Shown here piece after piece: positions 19,692 through 29,186 of a stretch of DNA of 64,000 nucleotides (positions within the stretch are counted from its first letter, which is position 1; every line of letters starts with the position of its first letter). The DNA comes from Candidatus Nanopelagicales bacterium (GTDB taxonomy: Bacteria; Actinomycetota; Actinomycetes; S36-B12). The notes under the pieces are model-generated. The model was not told where the DNA came from. It worked only from the letters and a program-made list of their open reading frames with translations, and searched no databases. Both the position numbers and the translations under genes were made by a program. The stretch lies in the NCBI GenBank assembly GCA_044240195.1, contig JBIHZX010000002.1, forward strand, positions 3,079-67,078, in the 5' to 3' direction.

Positions 19692-20489
19692 ATGCCCGTG
19701 GCCGCGTTCTTTGATCTCGACAAGACAATCTTGGCCAAATCAAGTTCATTTGTGTTTGCCAAGCCGTTCTACAAAGAGGGCCTCATTGGTCGAACCGATG
19801 TAATACGCAGCGCTTACGCCCAATTCACGTTTCTCACTTCCGGTGCTGATCATGATCAAATGGAAACGATGCGAAAATACATGTCACAACTCGTGACCGG
19901 CTGGGATGCGGCAAGAGTGCAAGAAATCGTTACTGAAACCCTTAACACTTTGATTGATCCCCTTGTTTATCAAGAGGCCGTTGACTTGATTAACTTTCAC
20001 AAGGAACAGGGGCACACGGTCATAGTCATTTCAAGTTCGGGAAATGAAATGGTTGAACCGATTGCTCAGCGGCTTGGTGCTGATTTAGCGATCGGAACCC
20101 AAGTGGAAATCATTGACGGCAAATACACGGGTGAAATAATTTTTTATGCATACGGCGAAGGTAAAGCTGAAGCAGTGCACTCACTTGCAATAGATCACGG
20201 CTTCGATCTCGCTGAATGTTTCGCTTACTCTGACTCTCATACAGATTTGCCTATGCTCGAGGCGGTTGGTAACCCGCGGGCCGTCAACCCAGATAGTGAA
20301 CTTCGTGCGATCGCCATGGAACGTGACTGGGAAATACTCGACTTTGCAAAACCGGTGTCAATGAAAGCAAAAGTCGAAAAACGTCAAGCGATTGCCGCCG
20401 GTGCCGGTGTCGCCATTAGTGCTGTCGCCGTGGGTATCACCTGGTACGCGATGCGTCGAAACGTTCGTCTAAGCGCTAGCCACCGGTAG
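19692..20489 (+). CDS. HAD-IB family hydrolase with C-terminal TM helix
   Basis: Motif I FFDLDKT, motif IV YSDSHTDLP, and a hydrophobic C-terminal segment. Confidence 0.85.
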   Translation: MPVAAFFDLDKTILAKSSSFVFAKPFYKEGLIGRTDVIRSAYAQFTFLTSGADHDQMETMRKYMSQLVTGWDAARVQEIVTETLNTLIDPLVYQEAVDLINFHKEQGHTVIVISSSGNEMVEPIAQRLGADLAIGTQVEIIDGKYTGEIIFYAYGEGKAEAVHSLAIDHGFDLAECFAYSDSHTDLPMLEAVGNPRAVNPDSELRAIAMERDWEILDFAKPVSMKAKVEKRQAIAAGAGVAISAVAVGITWYAMRRNVRLSASHR

Positions 20490-20504
20490 CGTTAACGCTC
20501 AGAA

Positions 20505-21272
20505 TTAACCGGCCGCCCTTGCGCCCAGTCCAAGACTGGCCGAGAACCAGGCGTAGTAAGCCTCGATGCCTTCTTGGGTCCCGGTCGCAAAGTCTCGGAT
20601 CGCAGCGACATACGCGTTTCGATTTGATTCGAACATTCCGTTTTCAGGGATGGAAAAATTTGAAGGATCAAGACTTCTGGCGGACAGGACTGTGCGCACG
20701 GTGGCGCGAGCCACGAGTCCTGAGCCCCAATCAAATGGACGCAAGCGCATGATTTCCCCATGAACGTATCCGGCTTCAATTACTGCTGGAACTTTTGTCG
20801 TTGAACACTGTTGGGACAAAAGCATTAAGGCGCCGGGAATTTCCTGGTGGTCGGGCAGAAATCCAATGTGCAGGGGGTCATCGGCCTCCTGATTCAACCG
20901 CGGTCGAGCCAGCCGGTCCTCATTAAGGAATTCTTTTGCAACAAGGGTGTGCAGGCCGGTGATCACCTGCAGCGGTGCCCGCATCCAGATCTCATTAAAT
21001 TTGGGGGCCTCAGCCGTGATGGCCAAACTTGCAGCGAAGACTTTTCCCATTGGCGACTCTTCAACTCCAACTAGGTCAGCTCCCTCAAGGGCCGCTGAAT
21101 CCGCGCCGCCTCGCGCAATTGAACTCTTCGCTACTTCAATTGAGGCCGATCGGATGTCACGCCGCCACAGCAACTCATCAATATCCGCCCTCGCCGCAGC
21201 GGTGAATTGTTGGACCCGCTCCCACCCAGCGATCAGGTCAAGGGGTGGAGTCGTCATGCCGTAACGGTACAT
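20505..21272 (-). CDS. Fic-fold protein with degenerate active-site motif
   Basis: RPFDWGSGLVAR aligns with the Fic signature HPFx(D/E)GNGRxxR but lacks the His, Asn and first Arg. The position matches fic (Rv3641c) in the syntenic block. Confidence 0.6.
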   Translation of the reverse strand: MYRYGMTTPPLDLIAGWERVQQFTAAARADIDELLWRRDIRSASIEVAKSSIARGGADSAALEGADLVGVEESPMGKVFAASLAITAEAPKFNEIWMRAPLQVITGLHTLVAKEFLNEDRLARPRLNQEADDPLHIGFLPDHQEIPGALMLLSQQCSTTKVPAVIEAGYVHGEIMRLRPFDWGSGLVARATVRTVLSARSLDPSNFSIPENGMFESNRNAYVAAIRDFATGTQEGIEAYYAWFSASLGLGARAAG

Positions 21273-21379
21273 ATTCCACAGGCGAGCCTGGATACAGACC
21301 TAAGTTTTCCGATCTGTAACATCTGTCGTTTAGTTTTCGGTAAGTTAGTGACACAAGAATCTAAGGAGTGCACACAGTC

Positions 21380-23344
21380 ATGGCTGAAGTCCACGAAACC
21401 CTCGACAATCTGATGCGCGAGAATCGCACTTTCCCACCGAGCCCTGCATTTGCTGCCAATGCAAACGCCACAGCCTCCATATATGACGAAGCAGAAGCTG
21501 ACCGTTTAGGTTTCTGGGCGAAGCAGGCTCGCGGACTGGATTGGGATACCGACTTCACCGAAGTTCTCGACTGGTCAAATGCACCTTTCGCCAAATGGTT
21601 CGTTGGTGGAAAACTCAATGTCGCCTACAACTGTGTTGACCGACATGTACTTGCCGGGCACGGTGATCAAATTGCAATTCGATTCGAAGGTGAGCCCGGT
21701 GATCAAATCAACATCACCTACCGGGAACTCATGGATCAGGTGTGTAAGGCAGCAAACGCGATAACCGAGCTTGGCGTAAGCGCCGGCGATCGAGTGGCGA
21801 TTTACATGCCAATGATCCCTGAGGCAGTTGTCGCCATGTTGGCATGCGCTCGTGTTGGAGCAGTTCACTCGGTAGTCTTCGCCGGTTTTAGTGCGGAAGC
21901 ACTGCGCAGCAGAATCGAAGATGCCCAAGCGAAACTGGTGATCACCGCTGATGGACAAAATCGCCGAGGCAGCGTGATGACACTGAAGCCAGCGGTTGAT
22001 GAAGCAGTAGCCGCCAGTCCATCGGTAAATAATGTTCTGGTTGTTAAGCGCTGCGGAAACGAAATTGCCTGGGGTCCGAAAGATGTGTGGTGGCATGAAT
22101 TCGTTGCGAATCAATCACCCGAGCACACTCCCGTCGCATTTGATGCTGAGCATCCGCTTTTTATTCTGTACACCTCGGGAACAACCGGGAAACCAAAAGG
22201 AATTTTGCACACGACCGGTGGTTACCTAACGCAGGTCTCTTATACGCACCGGGTGGTATTTGATTTAAAGCCTGACACTGACGTTTTTTGGTGCACCGCC
22301 GACATCGGTTGGGTAACCGGTCACTCTTACATTGTTTACGGTCCACTCGCCAACAGGGTCACCCAAGTTATTTACGAAGGCACGCCGGACACACCGGGCA
22401 AAGATCGATGGTGGGACATTATTCAGCGCCACGGTGTCACGATTCTGTACACGGCTCCGACCGCAATTCGTACGTTCATGAAGTGGGGTGACGAGTTCCC
22501 CCAAGCCTATGATCTGAGTTCACTTCGCCTACTCGGTTCCGTCGGTGAACCCATCAACCCTGAAGCCTGGATGTGGTACCGCAGCGTTATTGGCGGCAAT
22601 AATTGTCCGATCGTTGATACCTGGTGGCAGACCGAAACCGGTGGCATGATGATTTCGCCATTACCTGGTGTCACCGCAACGAAACCTGGGTCAGCGATGC
22701 GCGCACTTCCCGGTATCGGGATGGCGGTAGTCGATGACGCAGGAACTCCACTGGGCAATGGGCACGGTGGATTCCTCGTTCTCACGGAACCGTGGCCGGC
22801 AATGCTTCGTGGAATCTGGGGTGACAATCAGCGATTCGTTGATACCTATTGGTCCAAATGGCCGCAGTTTTATTTCGCAGGTGATGGCGCAAAACTGGAT
22901 GACGATGGAGCTCTGTGGTTATTGGGTCGGGTCGACGACGTGATGAATGTTTCTGGCCACCGTATTTCAACAACAGAAGTTGAGTCGGCACTCGTTTCGC
23001 ACCCCTCCGTTGCGGAGGCAGCGGTTGTCGGGGCAGCTGATGAAACTACTGGCCAAGCAATTGTTGCTTTCGTGATTTTGCGTGGTGGAATGGAAGGTGA
23101 AGACGGAACGACTCTCGTCACTGAACTTCGCAATCATGTTGCTACCGAAATTGGCGCGATCGCTAAGCCGAAGAAGATCATGATAGTTCCCGAACTCCCC
23201 AAGACGCGTTCCGGTAAAATCCTGCGCCGACTATTGCAAGACGTCGCCGAGCACCGCAATGTTGGGGATTCAACGACCCTCGCTGACCCAGCAGTGATGA
23301 ACCTGATTTCTGCGGGACTTGAATCTTCCAGCGCCGACGACTAA
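21380..23344 (+). CDS. acs: acetyl-CoA synthetase
   Basis: AMP-binding signature YTSGTTGKPKG and C-terminal PKTRSGKILRR. ATG at 21380 lies 11 nt after AAGGAG. Confidence 0.95.
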   Translation: MAEVHETLDNLMRENRTFPPSPAFAANANATASIYDEAEADRLGFWAKQARGLDWDTDFTEVLDWSNAPFAKWFVGGKLNVAYNCVDRHVLAGHGDQIAIRFEGEPGDQINITYRELMDQVCKAANAITELGVSAGDRVAIYMPMIPEAVVAMLACARVGAVHSVVFAGFSAEALRSRIEDAQAKLVITADGQNRRGSVMTLKPAVDEAVAASPSVNNVLVVKRCGNEIAWGPKDVWWHEFVANQSPEHTPVAFDAEHPLFILYTSGTTGKPKGILHTTGGYLTQVSYTHRVVFDLKPDTDVFWCTADIGWVTGHSYIVYGPLANRVTQVIYEGTPDTPGKDRWWDIIQRHGVTILYTAPTAIRTFMKWGDEFPQAYDLSSLRLLGSVGEPINPEAWMWYRSVIGGNNCPIVDTWWQTETGGMMISPLPGVTATKPGSAMRALPGIGMAVVDDAGTPLGNGHGGFLVLTEPWPAMLRGIWGDNQRFVDTYWSKWPQFYFAGDGAKLDDDGALWLLGRVDDVMNVSGHRISTTEVESALVSHPSVAEAAVVGAADETTGQAIVAFVILRGGMEGEDGTTLVTELRNHVATEIGAIAKPKKIMIVPELPKTRSGKILRRLLQDVAEHRNVGDSTTLADPAVMNLISAGLESSSADD

Positions 23345-23403
23345 TTTCTCGAGGGTTCACAGCGCAACCTTTTGTTAAATCATCTGATTAGTAAGGTGGT
23401 CTC

Positions 23404-24705
23404 GTGGCCAACAACGAGATCCTCTCGCGCCCCAGTCTTGGCGAACGAGGGTGGCTCATTGCCCAATTGCGAAATGAGACGGTCGGTGGCGCAGTCCTAC
23501 TCGTCGCCGCAGTCGTGGCACTGAGTTGGGCGAACTCCCCGTGGGGAGACAGTTATTTCAACATGGTCAACTACACGATCGGACCCGCCTCACTTGGCCT
23601 GGATCTCTCGCTGGGGGTTTGGGCAGCCGACGCCCTGCTCGCAATTTTCTTCTTCGTTGTGGGTTTGGAACTTAAACACGAATTAGTACTGGGTTCACTT
23701 TCCAAACCCGCACAAGCCATTGTCCCTGCCGCCGCTGCAATCGGTGGCATGTTAGTTCCGGCACTTTTTTATGTGATTATCAATGCAACCCTTGTAGACG
23801 GATCGCTCACAGGGTGGGGGATCCCCATGGCAACCGATATCGCATTCGCACTTGCAGTTCTTGCTGTCTTCGGTCGCAAACTTCCTGTTGCATTGCGTGC
23901 ATTTCTTCTCACACTCGCTGTCGTTGACGACCTTGGTGCGATCAGCGTTATTGCAATTTTCTACTCTGACAAATTTGCCTTGGTCTGGTTCGCAGCATTC
24001 TTATTCTCATTACTCGCCTATTGGCTACTACAGAAATATCGGGTTTCATCACCCATTATCTATATTCCGTTAGTGATTCTCGGCTGGTATTTCTGTTACA
24101 AAAGCGGTGTTCACGCAACCATTGCCGGCGTTGCATTCGGCTTCCTCACCCGGGTTCGTTTGGATCCGGGTGAAAGAAAATCACCCGCTGACACGCTGAT
24201 TCACATTATTCATCCCATCAGTGCCGGGATCGCAATTCCCGTCTTTGCCCTCTTTGCCGCCGGCATTGATCTGCGAGCCACCGGAATCATCGAACCTTTG
24301 CAATCTCCGATCGCGATAGGAATCATGGTCGGTTTGGTGGTCGGTAAACCGATTGGCATTGTCGGAATGGCTTGGATAATGGCACGGTTCACCCGCGCCA
24401 GTTTGAGTCCGGGAATTACCTGGCGTGATGTCACGGCGGTGGGTGTTTTGGGTGGAGTTGGTTTCACGGTCGCGCTACTCATAAGTGAATTGGGTTACGC
24501 CGACAATGCGCTCTACCTGGAAAACGCCAAGATCGCGGTGCTGGTTGGATCCCTGATCGCAGCGACAATGGCGGCCTTTACGTTGCTCTCCCGTGGTCGA
24601 GCCTATGCACGGATGGCGGCGATGGAAGAGGTCGAGCAAGATTTTGGCGCAACTGAGAACGTGAATCTGAAGGGGGAGGGCAATTCAAGGCCCGATCCAC
24701 GGTAA
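23404..24705 (+). CDS. nhaA: Na+/H+ antiporter NhaA
   Basis: About 12 TM segments and the conserved AVVDDLGAI (DD) motif. Confidence 0.92.
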   Translation: MANNEILSRPSLGERGWLIAQLRNETVGGAVLLVAAVVALSWANSPWGDSYFNMVNYTIGPASLGLDLSLGVWAADALLAIFFFVVGLELKHELVLGSLSKPAQAIVPAAAAIGGMLVPALFYVIINATLVDGSLTGWGIPMATDIAFALAVLAVFGRKLPVALRAFLLTLAVVDDLGAISVIAIFYSDKFALVWFAAFLFSLLAYWLLQKYRVSSPIIYIPLVILGWYFCYKSGVHATIAGVAFGFLTRVRLDPGERKSPADTLIHIIHPISAGIAIPVFALFAAGIDLRATGIIEPLQSPIAIGIMVGLVVGKPIGIVGMAWIMARFTRASLSPGITWRDVTAVGVLGGVGFTVALLISELGYADNALYLENAKIAVLVGSLIAATMAAFTLLSRGRAYARMAAMEEVEQDFGATENVNLKGEGNSRPDPR

Positions 24706-24730
24706 CCTTCAGGTCGGGAAGGGGAATCAC

Positions 24731-25126
24731 ATGGCGCCGCAACAGAGTTTGAAACAACTGGTCACGAACACAATCGGTGATGGCAAACGTCTCCTCACCG
24801 CGCAAGTGAACTTAACAACCACCGAGCTCTCCCAGACCAGCAAGACAATTGGTCAGATTTCACTCCTAGCGCTCATCGCAGTGTCATTGATCAGCATGGG
24901 CGGAATATTTAGTCTCATCGCAATTGCCTATGCCCTCGTGGCCCTGGGCCTGCCCGTTTGGGCTGGTTTCCTCATTGTTGCCGTGGTTCTCTTTCTCGTA
25001 GCCGCGATCCTGGGAGTTGTGATCAAGGGCAAAGGTAAATCCATCAAGGCACCTACTGTGGCTCGTGAAGAATGGAAGAAAACTTCTGACTCACTCGGAG
25101 CGCTCAGCAATAACTCCCCCATTTAA
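24731..25126 (+). CDS. small membrane protein, phage-holin-family-like (actinobacterial Holin-X type)
   Basis: 131 aa with two adjacent TM helices and a charged C-terminal tail. There are no phage genes nearby. Confidence 0.55.
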   Translation: MAPQQSLKQLVTNTIGDGKRLLTAQVNLTTTELSQTSKTIGQISLLALIAVSLISMGGIFSLIAIAYALVALGLPVWAGFLIVAVVLFLVAAILGVVIKGKGKSIKAPTVAREEWKKTSDSLGALSNNSPI

Positions 25127-26038
25127 GTGATCACTCCCGAAGCGGCAATTGCGCGACCGGGTCCTTGGACCCACCACAATGTCTCTGCCAACGGCGCCCG
25201 ATTTCACATTGTTGAAATGGGCTCCGGTCCCGCTGTCCTCCTATTGCACGGATTCCCCAGTTTTTGGTGGACCTGGCGTGAGCTGATCGCACCGCTGGCC
25301 ACTGCCGGCTACCGTGTAATCGCGATGGATTTACGCGGATACGGTGGCTCAGACCACCCACCGCAAGGGTACGACCCCACAACTTTGGCCCGTGACTGCG
25401 TAAGTGTCATCCGGTCATTGGGGGAAGCACAAGCGAGTGTGGTCGGACACGGTGTCGGCTCCATAATCGGATGGACAATGGCTGCACAAAATTCTGATGC
25501 AGTGAAGGCACTCGTTAGCGTTGCTGGCGCACACCCACGCGTTTTGCGAAATTCACTTTTACGAAATAACGAACAACGTTCGGGCTTGTCCTACATCACC
25601 CGGCTTCAACTACCGTTTATTCCTGAGCGCTACTACACCAAAAATGGTGGACGAAATATTGGGAATTTTCTGGAAAAGTATTCGTATGACCCCTCGTGGG
25701 TGACCCCGGAGGTGCGCGAAGCCATGCAGGCCGCCTATCAGAATTGGCCAACGGCCCACACTGCAATCGAATTTCACCGCTGGGCAATCCGTTCTCTCTA
25801 CCGCACCGACGGCCGACGTTTCCAAGAGTCAATCGAAGCACCTATCAGTGTCCCGGTACTCGATATCTTCGGCGAGCACGATCCCATGATTATTTTTGAC
25901 CTCGTCGAAAACCAATCCATGGTGAGTGCTTCCTACACCCGGGCGATCATGCCGACCGGTCACTTTCCCCACGAGGAAAACCCACGTGCATTCATTGAAC
26001 TACTCCTACCATGGTTGCGCCAACATGCAGGCTCGTGA
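25127..26038 (+). CDS. alpha/beta-fold hydrolase
   Basis: The LLLHGFPSFWWTW oxyanion region and overall length are typical of epoxide-hydrolase-like alpha/beta hydrolases. Confidence 0.85.
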   Translation: MITPEAAIARPGPWTHHNVSANGARFHIVEMGSGPAVLLLHGFPSFWWTWRELIAPLATAGYRVIAMDLRGYGGSDHPPQGYDPTTLARDCVSVIRSLGEAQASVVGHGVGSIIGWTMAAQNSDAVKALVSVAGAHPRVLRNSLLRNNEQRSGLSYITRLQLPFIPERYYTKNGGRNIGNFLEKYSYDPSWVTPEVREAMQAAYQNWPTAHTAIEFHRWAIRSLYRTDGRRFQESIEAPISVPVLDIFGEHDPMIIFDLVENQSMVSASYTRAIMPTGHFPHEENPRAFIELLLPWLRQHAGS

Positions 26039-26408
26039 TCGACTTGGCAAACCCCTTCGCGGTGGCAAAATAGCCACTGATTCTTTCCCACAGGTTCCCG
26101 AGCGCGAATTCATTTCGAGTGAACAGGCGTGGAGTGAGATCTCCGAGTACCTTGCTGCGGATTTGCCATTTCATGTTCATGAAGTTGCCGAGCAACGTTG
26201 GCGTTGCGCACCGCCCGTTGACGCAGCATTGTGGCGGGCCTGTGCACAAATGGGCGCTGCTTTAACCCACCGCGCTCGGGGGAATCGAATCGGAGCTGAC
26301 CGGTTAGCGGAGCGCGCTCGCATAACTCTCGCCACGTCAACATCACAAGCACCCGAGGTCAATTCTGCTGTGCTAGAAATCCTTTTTTCGGTAATGCTTG
26401 AGCCATGA
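26025..26408 (+). CDS. DUF309-like protein
   Basis: FHVHEVAEQRW ... HRARGNRIGA pattern typical of DUF309. ATG at 26025. There is a 4-nt ATGA overlap with the next gene. Confidence 0.6.
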   Translation: MQARDRLGKPLRGGKIATDSFPQVPEREFISSEQAWSEISEYLAADLPFHVHEVAEQRWRCAPPVDAALWRACAQMGAALTHRARGNRIGADRLAERARITLATSTSQAPEVNSAVLEILFSVMLEP

Positions 26409-27931
26409 ACGACCACGGCTCACCCCCGCGACTAATTCTCGTCACATTCGATCAACTCTCGCTCACCTACGGGGCGCTCGCCACATCAATTCCTGGGTAC
26501 GACGAGATTGTTTTCATTGAAAGTCAGGACATGCTCACGTCACGAAAGTGGCACTCACAAAGATTGTTTTTTATTCTCTCAGCCGTAGAACACGCTAAAG
26601 CCGACCTCGAGGCAAACGGCTTTCACGTTCACTCAATTCGTTCGGGAAACATCCGTGAAGGCGTTGACTCACTGCGGCTGACACACCCCAATATTCCAAT
26701 TGTTTCAACCACTCCAAGTTCGCGACCGCTAACTGAACTACTCACCTCACTCAATATTGAGCTTGTGCCCAACGACAACTTTTTGACAACGTCGGAACAA
26801 TTCTCACAATGGGCAAGTGGCTACAAGTCACTCACCATGGAATATTTCTACCGCTGGCAGCGCAAAAGTCTCAACATATTGATGGATGGAAATGAACCCG
26901 TTGGCGGCCAATGGAATTTTGATGAAGACAATCGCCTTCCCCCACCACGCGCCAAAAAGGGTCAAGCACCGCACGCGTGGCCACAGCCCCTGTACTTCGC
27001 ACCTGATGCGATCGATCAAGGTGTAATTGATCGACTCGGTGTGTTCGAGACTTGGGGTCAACCCCCAAACGGAACATGGGCCACCACTCGATCTGGTGCA
27101 CTCCAACAACTTGAACACTTCACCGAGAATGCACTTGCTGGCTTTGGACCATACGAAGATGCCATGCCCACGGATTCATGGACCGTGAATCACTCCGTGT
27201 TAAGTCCGTATCTCAACATTGGATTATTGAATGTAAATGAAGTGGTTGAAGCGGCCTTACGCAAGTACGAGCAAGGGGGCATCCCGCTTTCGTCAATTGA
27301 GGGCTTCATTCGACAGATTATTGGCTGGCGCGAGTACATCAATCGAATCTATTGGCACTTCCCAGACACGTACAGAAATGAAAATACGCTTAACAGTGAC
27401 CGAAAACTTTTACCATTGTTCATGGATCCGCGAGCCACGAAAATGAATTGCATGAGTTCAGTGATCACCGACGTTCACGAGCGCGCATGGGTGCATCACA
27501 TTCCGCGATTAATGCTGATGAGTAATTTGGCTCAACTCGCTGGCGTGAAACCGCAGGAACTTCTCAACTGGATGCGCACCCATTTCATTGATGCAGCCGA
27601 TTGGGTTATGGTTCCCAACGTGATCGGGATGGGTATGCACGCTGACGGAGGCGCCATGATGACAAAGCCCTACATTGCGGGTGGTGCCTACATTTCCCGG
27701 ATGAGCAACTATTGCGGTGGTTGCCGATTCGATCCAAAGAAACGGACCGGCGAAGATGCGTGTCCATTCACAACACTGTACTGGGACTATTTGGACCGCA
27801 ACGCGGATCAATTCGCGAGTAATCACCGAATGTCTCGACCGGTCGCTGCGGCAGCCGCGCGCGAAGATCTCCCGGAAATTCGTGAGCGCGCATTGTTTGT
27901 TCTTAAAGGTCTTGAGGCGGGTGAAATTTAA
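26405..27931 (+). CDS. cryptochrome/photolyase family protein, FeS-BCP (CryB/PhrB-like, COG3046)
   Basis: 508 aa with a photolyase-related fold and a C-terminal Cys set (CMSS..., CGGCRF..., DACPF) as in [4Fe-4S]-containing (6-4) photolyases. Confidence 0.85.
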   Translation: MNDHGSPPRLILVTFDQLSLTYGALATSIPGYDEIVFIESQDMLTSRKWHSQRLFFILSAVEHAKADLEANGFHVHSIRSGNIREGVDSLRLTHPNIPIVSTTPSSRPLTELLTSLNIELVPNDNFLTTSEQFSQWASGYKSLTMEYFYRWQRKSLNILMDGNEPVGGQWNFDEDNRLPPPRAKKGQAPHAWPQPLYFAPDAIDQGVIDRLGVFETWGQPPNGTWATTRSGALQQLEHFTENALAGFGPYEDAMPTDSWTVNHSVLSPYLNIGLLNVNEVVEAALRKYEQGGIPLSSIEGFIRQIIGWREYINRIYWHFPDTYRNENTLNSDRKLLPLFMDPRATKMNCMSSVITDVHERAWVHHIPRLMLMSNLAQLAGVKPQELLNWMRTHFIDAADWVMVPNVIGMGMHADGGAMMTKPYIAGGAYISRMSNYCGGCRFDPKKRTGEDACPFTTLYWDYLDRNADQFASNHRMSRPVAAAAAREDLPEIRERALFVLKGLEAGEI

Positions 27932-29158
27932 TTGATGTCACGTAGGTACCTGTCGCGTCCCATTGTTCTTTTAGAAGGCTCAAATGTCGCCTCTTCAATG
28001 GGGAATGGCATTGTTATGGTCACGATTCCTTGGCTGGTGCTGAGCAATACTGGATTGGCCTCTGCTGCCGGAATCGTCGCCGCTCTCTCAGCTCTACCCG
28101 CGCTGGTCGTCACACCGCTTGTTGGTTACGCGGTTGACCGATTTGGTAGGCGACTTGTGAGCGTGATCGCTGATCTTGCATCTGCGCTTAGCGTGATCGC
28201 ATTTCCGATATTTGCTTTCTTTACGGACCTCAGCTTTGCCCTCATCCTTGTCCTGGCGGTACTGGGAGCAACGATTGACCCTGCAGGCTACACGGCACGT
28301 AAGTCAATAATTCCCGATGCAGCCACAGCCTCGCACGTTGACCGAGATGCCCTGAACGGATTGCATGAAGGACTTTTTGCACTGGGATGGACAATCGGAC
28401 CACTTATCGGTGCAGTGTCAATCGCCGCCTTCGGACCGGTCAACTCTTTTTGGATTCCTGGGGCGCTCTTTATTTTCGCTGGCCTGTGCATCTTGGCATT
28501 ACGTGTAGGTGACGCGGGACAAGATGCCAGAGCGGAGCGGAGTGAGCCGCAATTGGGTTTCTGGCGTGAGGCAACGCAGGGGTTCACGGTTCTATGGCGC
28601 GATCGATACCTGCGGACAATCACAATCGCCATGATTTTTCTCGCCGGTGTTTACTTGCCAACTGAGAGTTTGGTTCTGCCGGTGTATTTCGAATCGACAG
28701 AGAACGCTTTAGGGCTTGGGATTGTCATTTCGGCAATGGCTGCAGGTGGGGTAATCGGAGCCTTCTCATTTGGTTTTCTCGCAAAGCGTTTAACCTACAA
28801 AGCGATCGCGCGGTTCGTATTGATCGTAACAATTATTGCGCTCATTCCCATGTCATTACTCCCCCCATTGCCTATTTTGGCCGGATTCGGATTCTTACTG
28901 GGATTGGCCTGGGGACCAATGAATCCGTTGATCAACTCGCTCGTCCAAAGTAGGGTGCCGGCCGACTTACAGGGACGAGTTTTCTCCATTCAACTTTCGC
29001 TGTTCTATGCATTTCCCCCGATTGCGATGCTCATAACCGGATTTGCAATTGACGGTGCCGGGGTTGAAGTCGTGTACCCGGTTCTGGCTCTTTTAGTGGC
29101 GGTGGGGTGCATTCTTACTTTGTGCACCAAAGCAATGCGCACTCTCGATCAAGCCTAA
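27932..29158 (+). CDS. MFS transporter
   Basis: About 12 TM segments with the GYAVDRFGRR loop motif between TM2 and TM3. The start is TTG 27932 or ATG 27935. Confidence 0.85.
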   Translation: MMSRRYLSRPIVLLEGSNVASSMGNGIVMVTIPWLVLSNTGLASAAGIVAALSALPALVVTPLVGYAVDRFGRRLVSVIADLASALSVIAFPIFAFFTDLSFALILVLAVLGATIDPAGYTARKSIIPDAATASHVDRDALNGLHEGLFALGWTIGPLIGAVSIAAFGPVNSFWIPGALFIFAGLCILALRVGDAGQDARAERSEPQLGFWREATQGFTVLWRDRYLRTITIAMIFLAGVYLPTESLVLPVYFESTENALGLGIVISAMAAGGVIGAFSFGFLAKRLTYKAIARFVLIVTIIALIPMSLLPPLPILAGFGFLLGLAWGPMNPLINSLVQSRVPADLQGRVFSIQLSLFYAFPPIAMLITGFAIDGAGVEVVYPVLALLVAVGCILTLCTKAMRTLDQA

Positions 29159-29186
29159 CCCCTGTAATTACTCCCGGGTTGAGCAA

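Noticed and set aside
24731-25126. Holin-family gene as a prophage marker
   Set aside because: There are no phage structural, lysin or integrase genes nearby. This family is widespread as a chromosomal small membrane protein in Actinobacteria.
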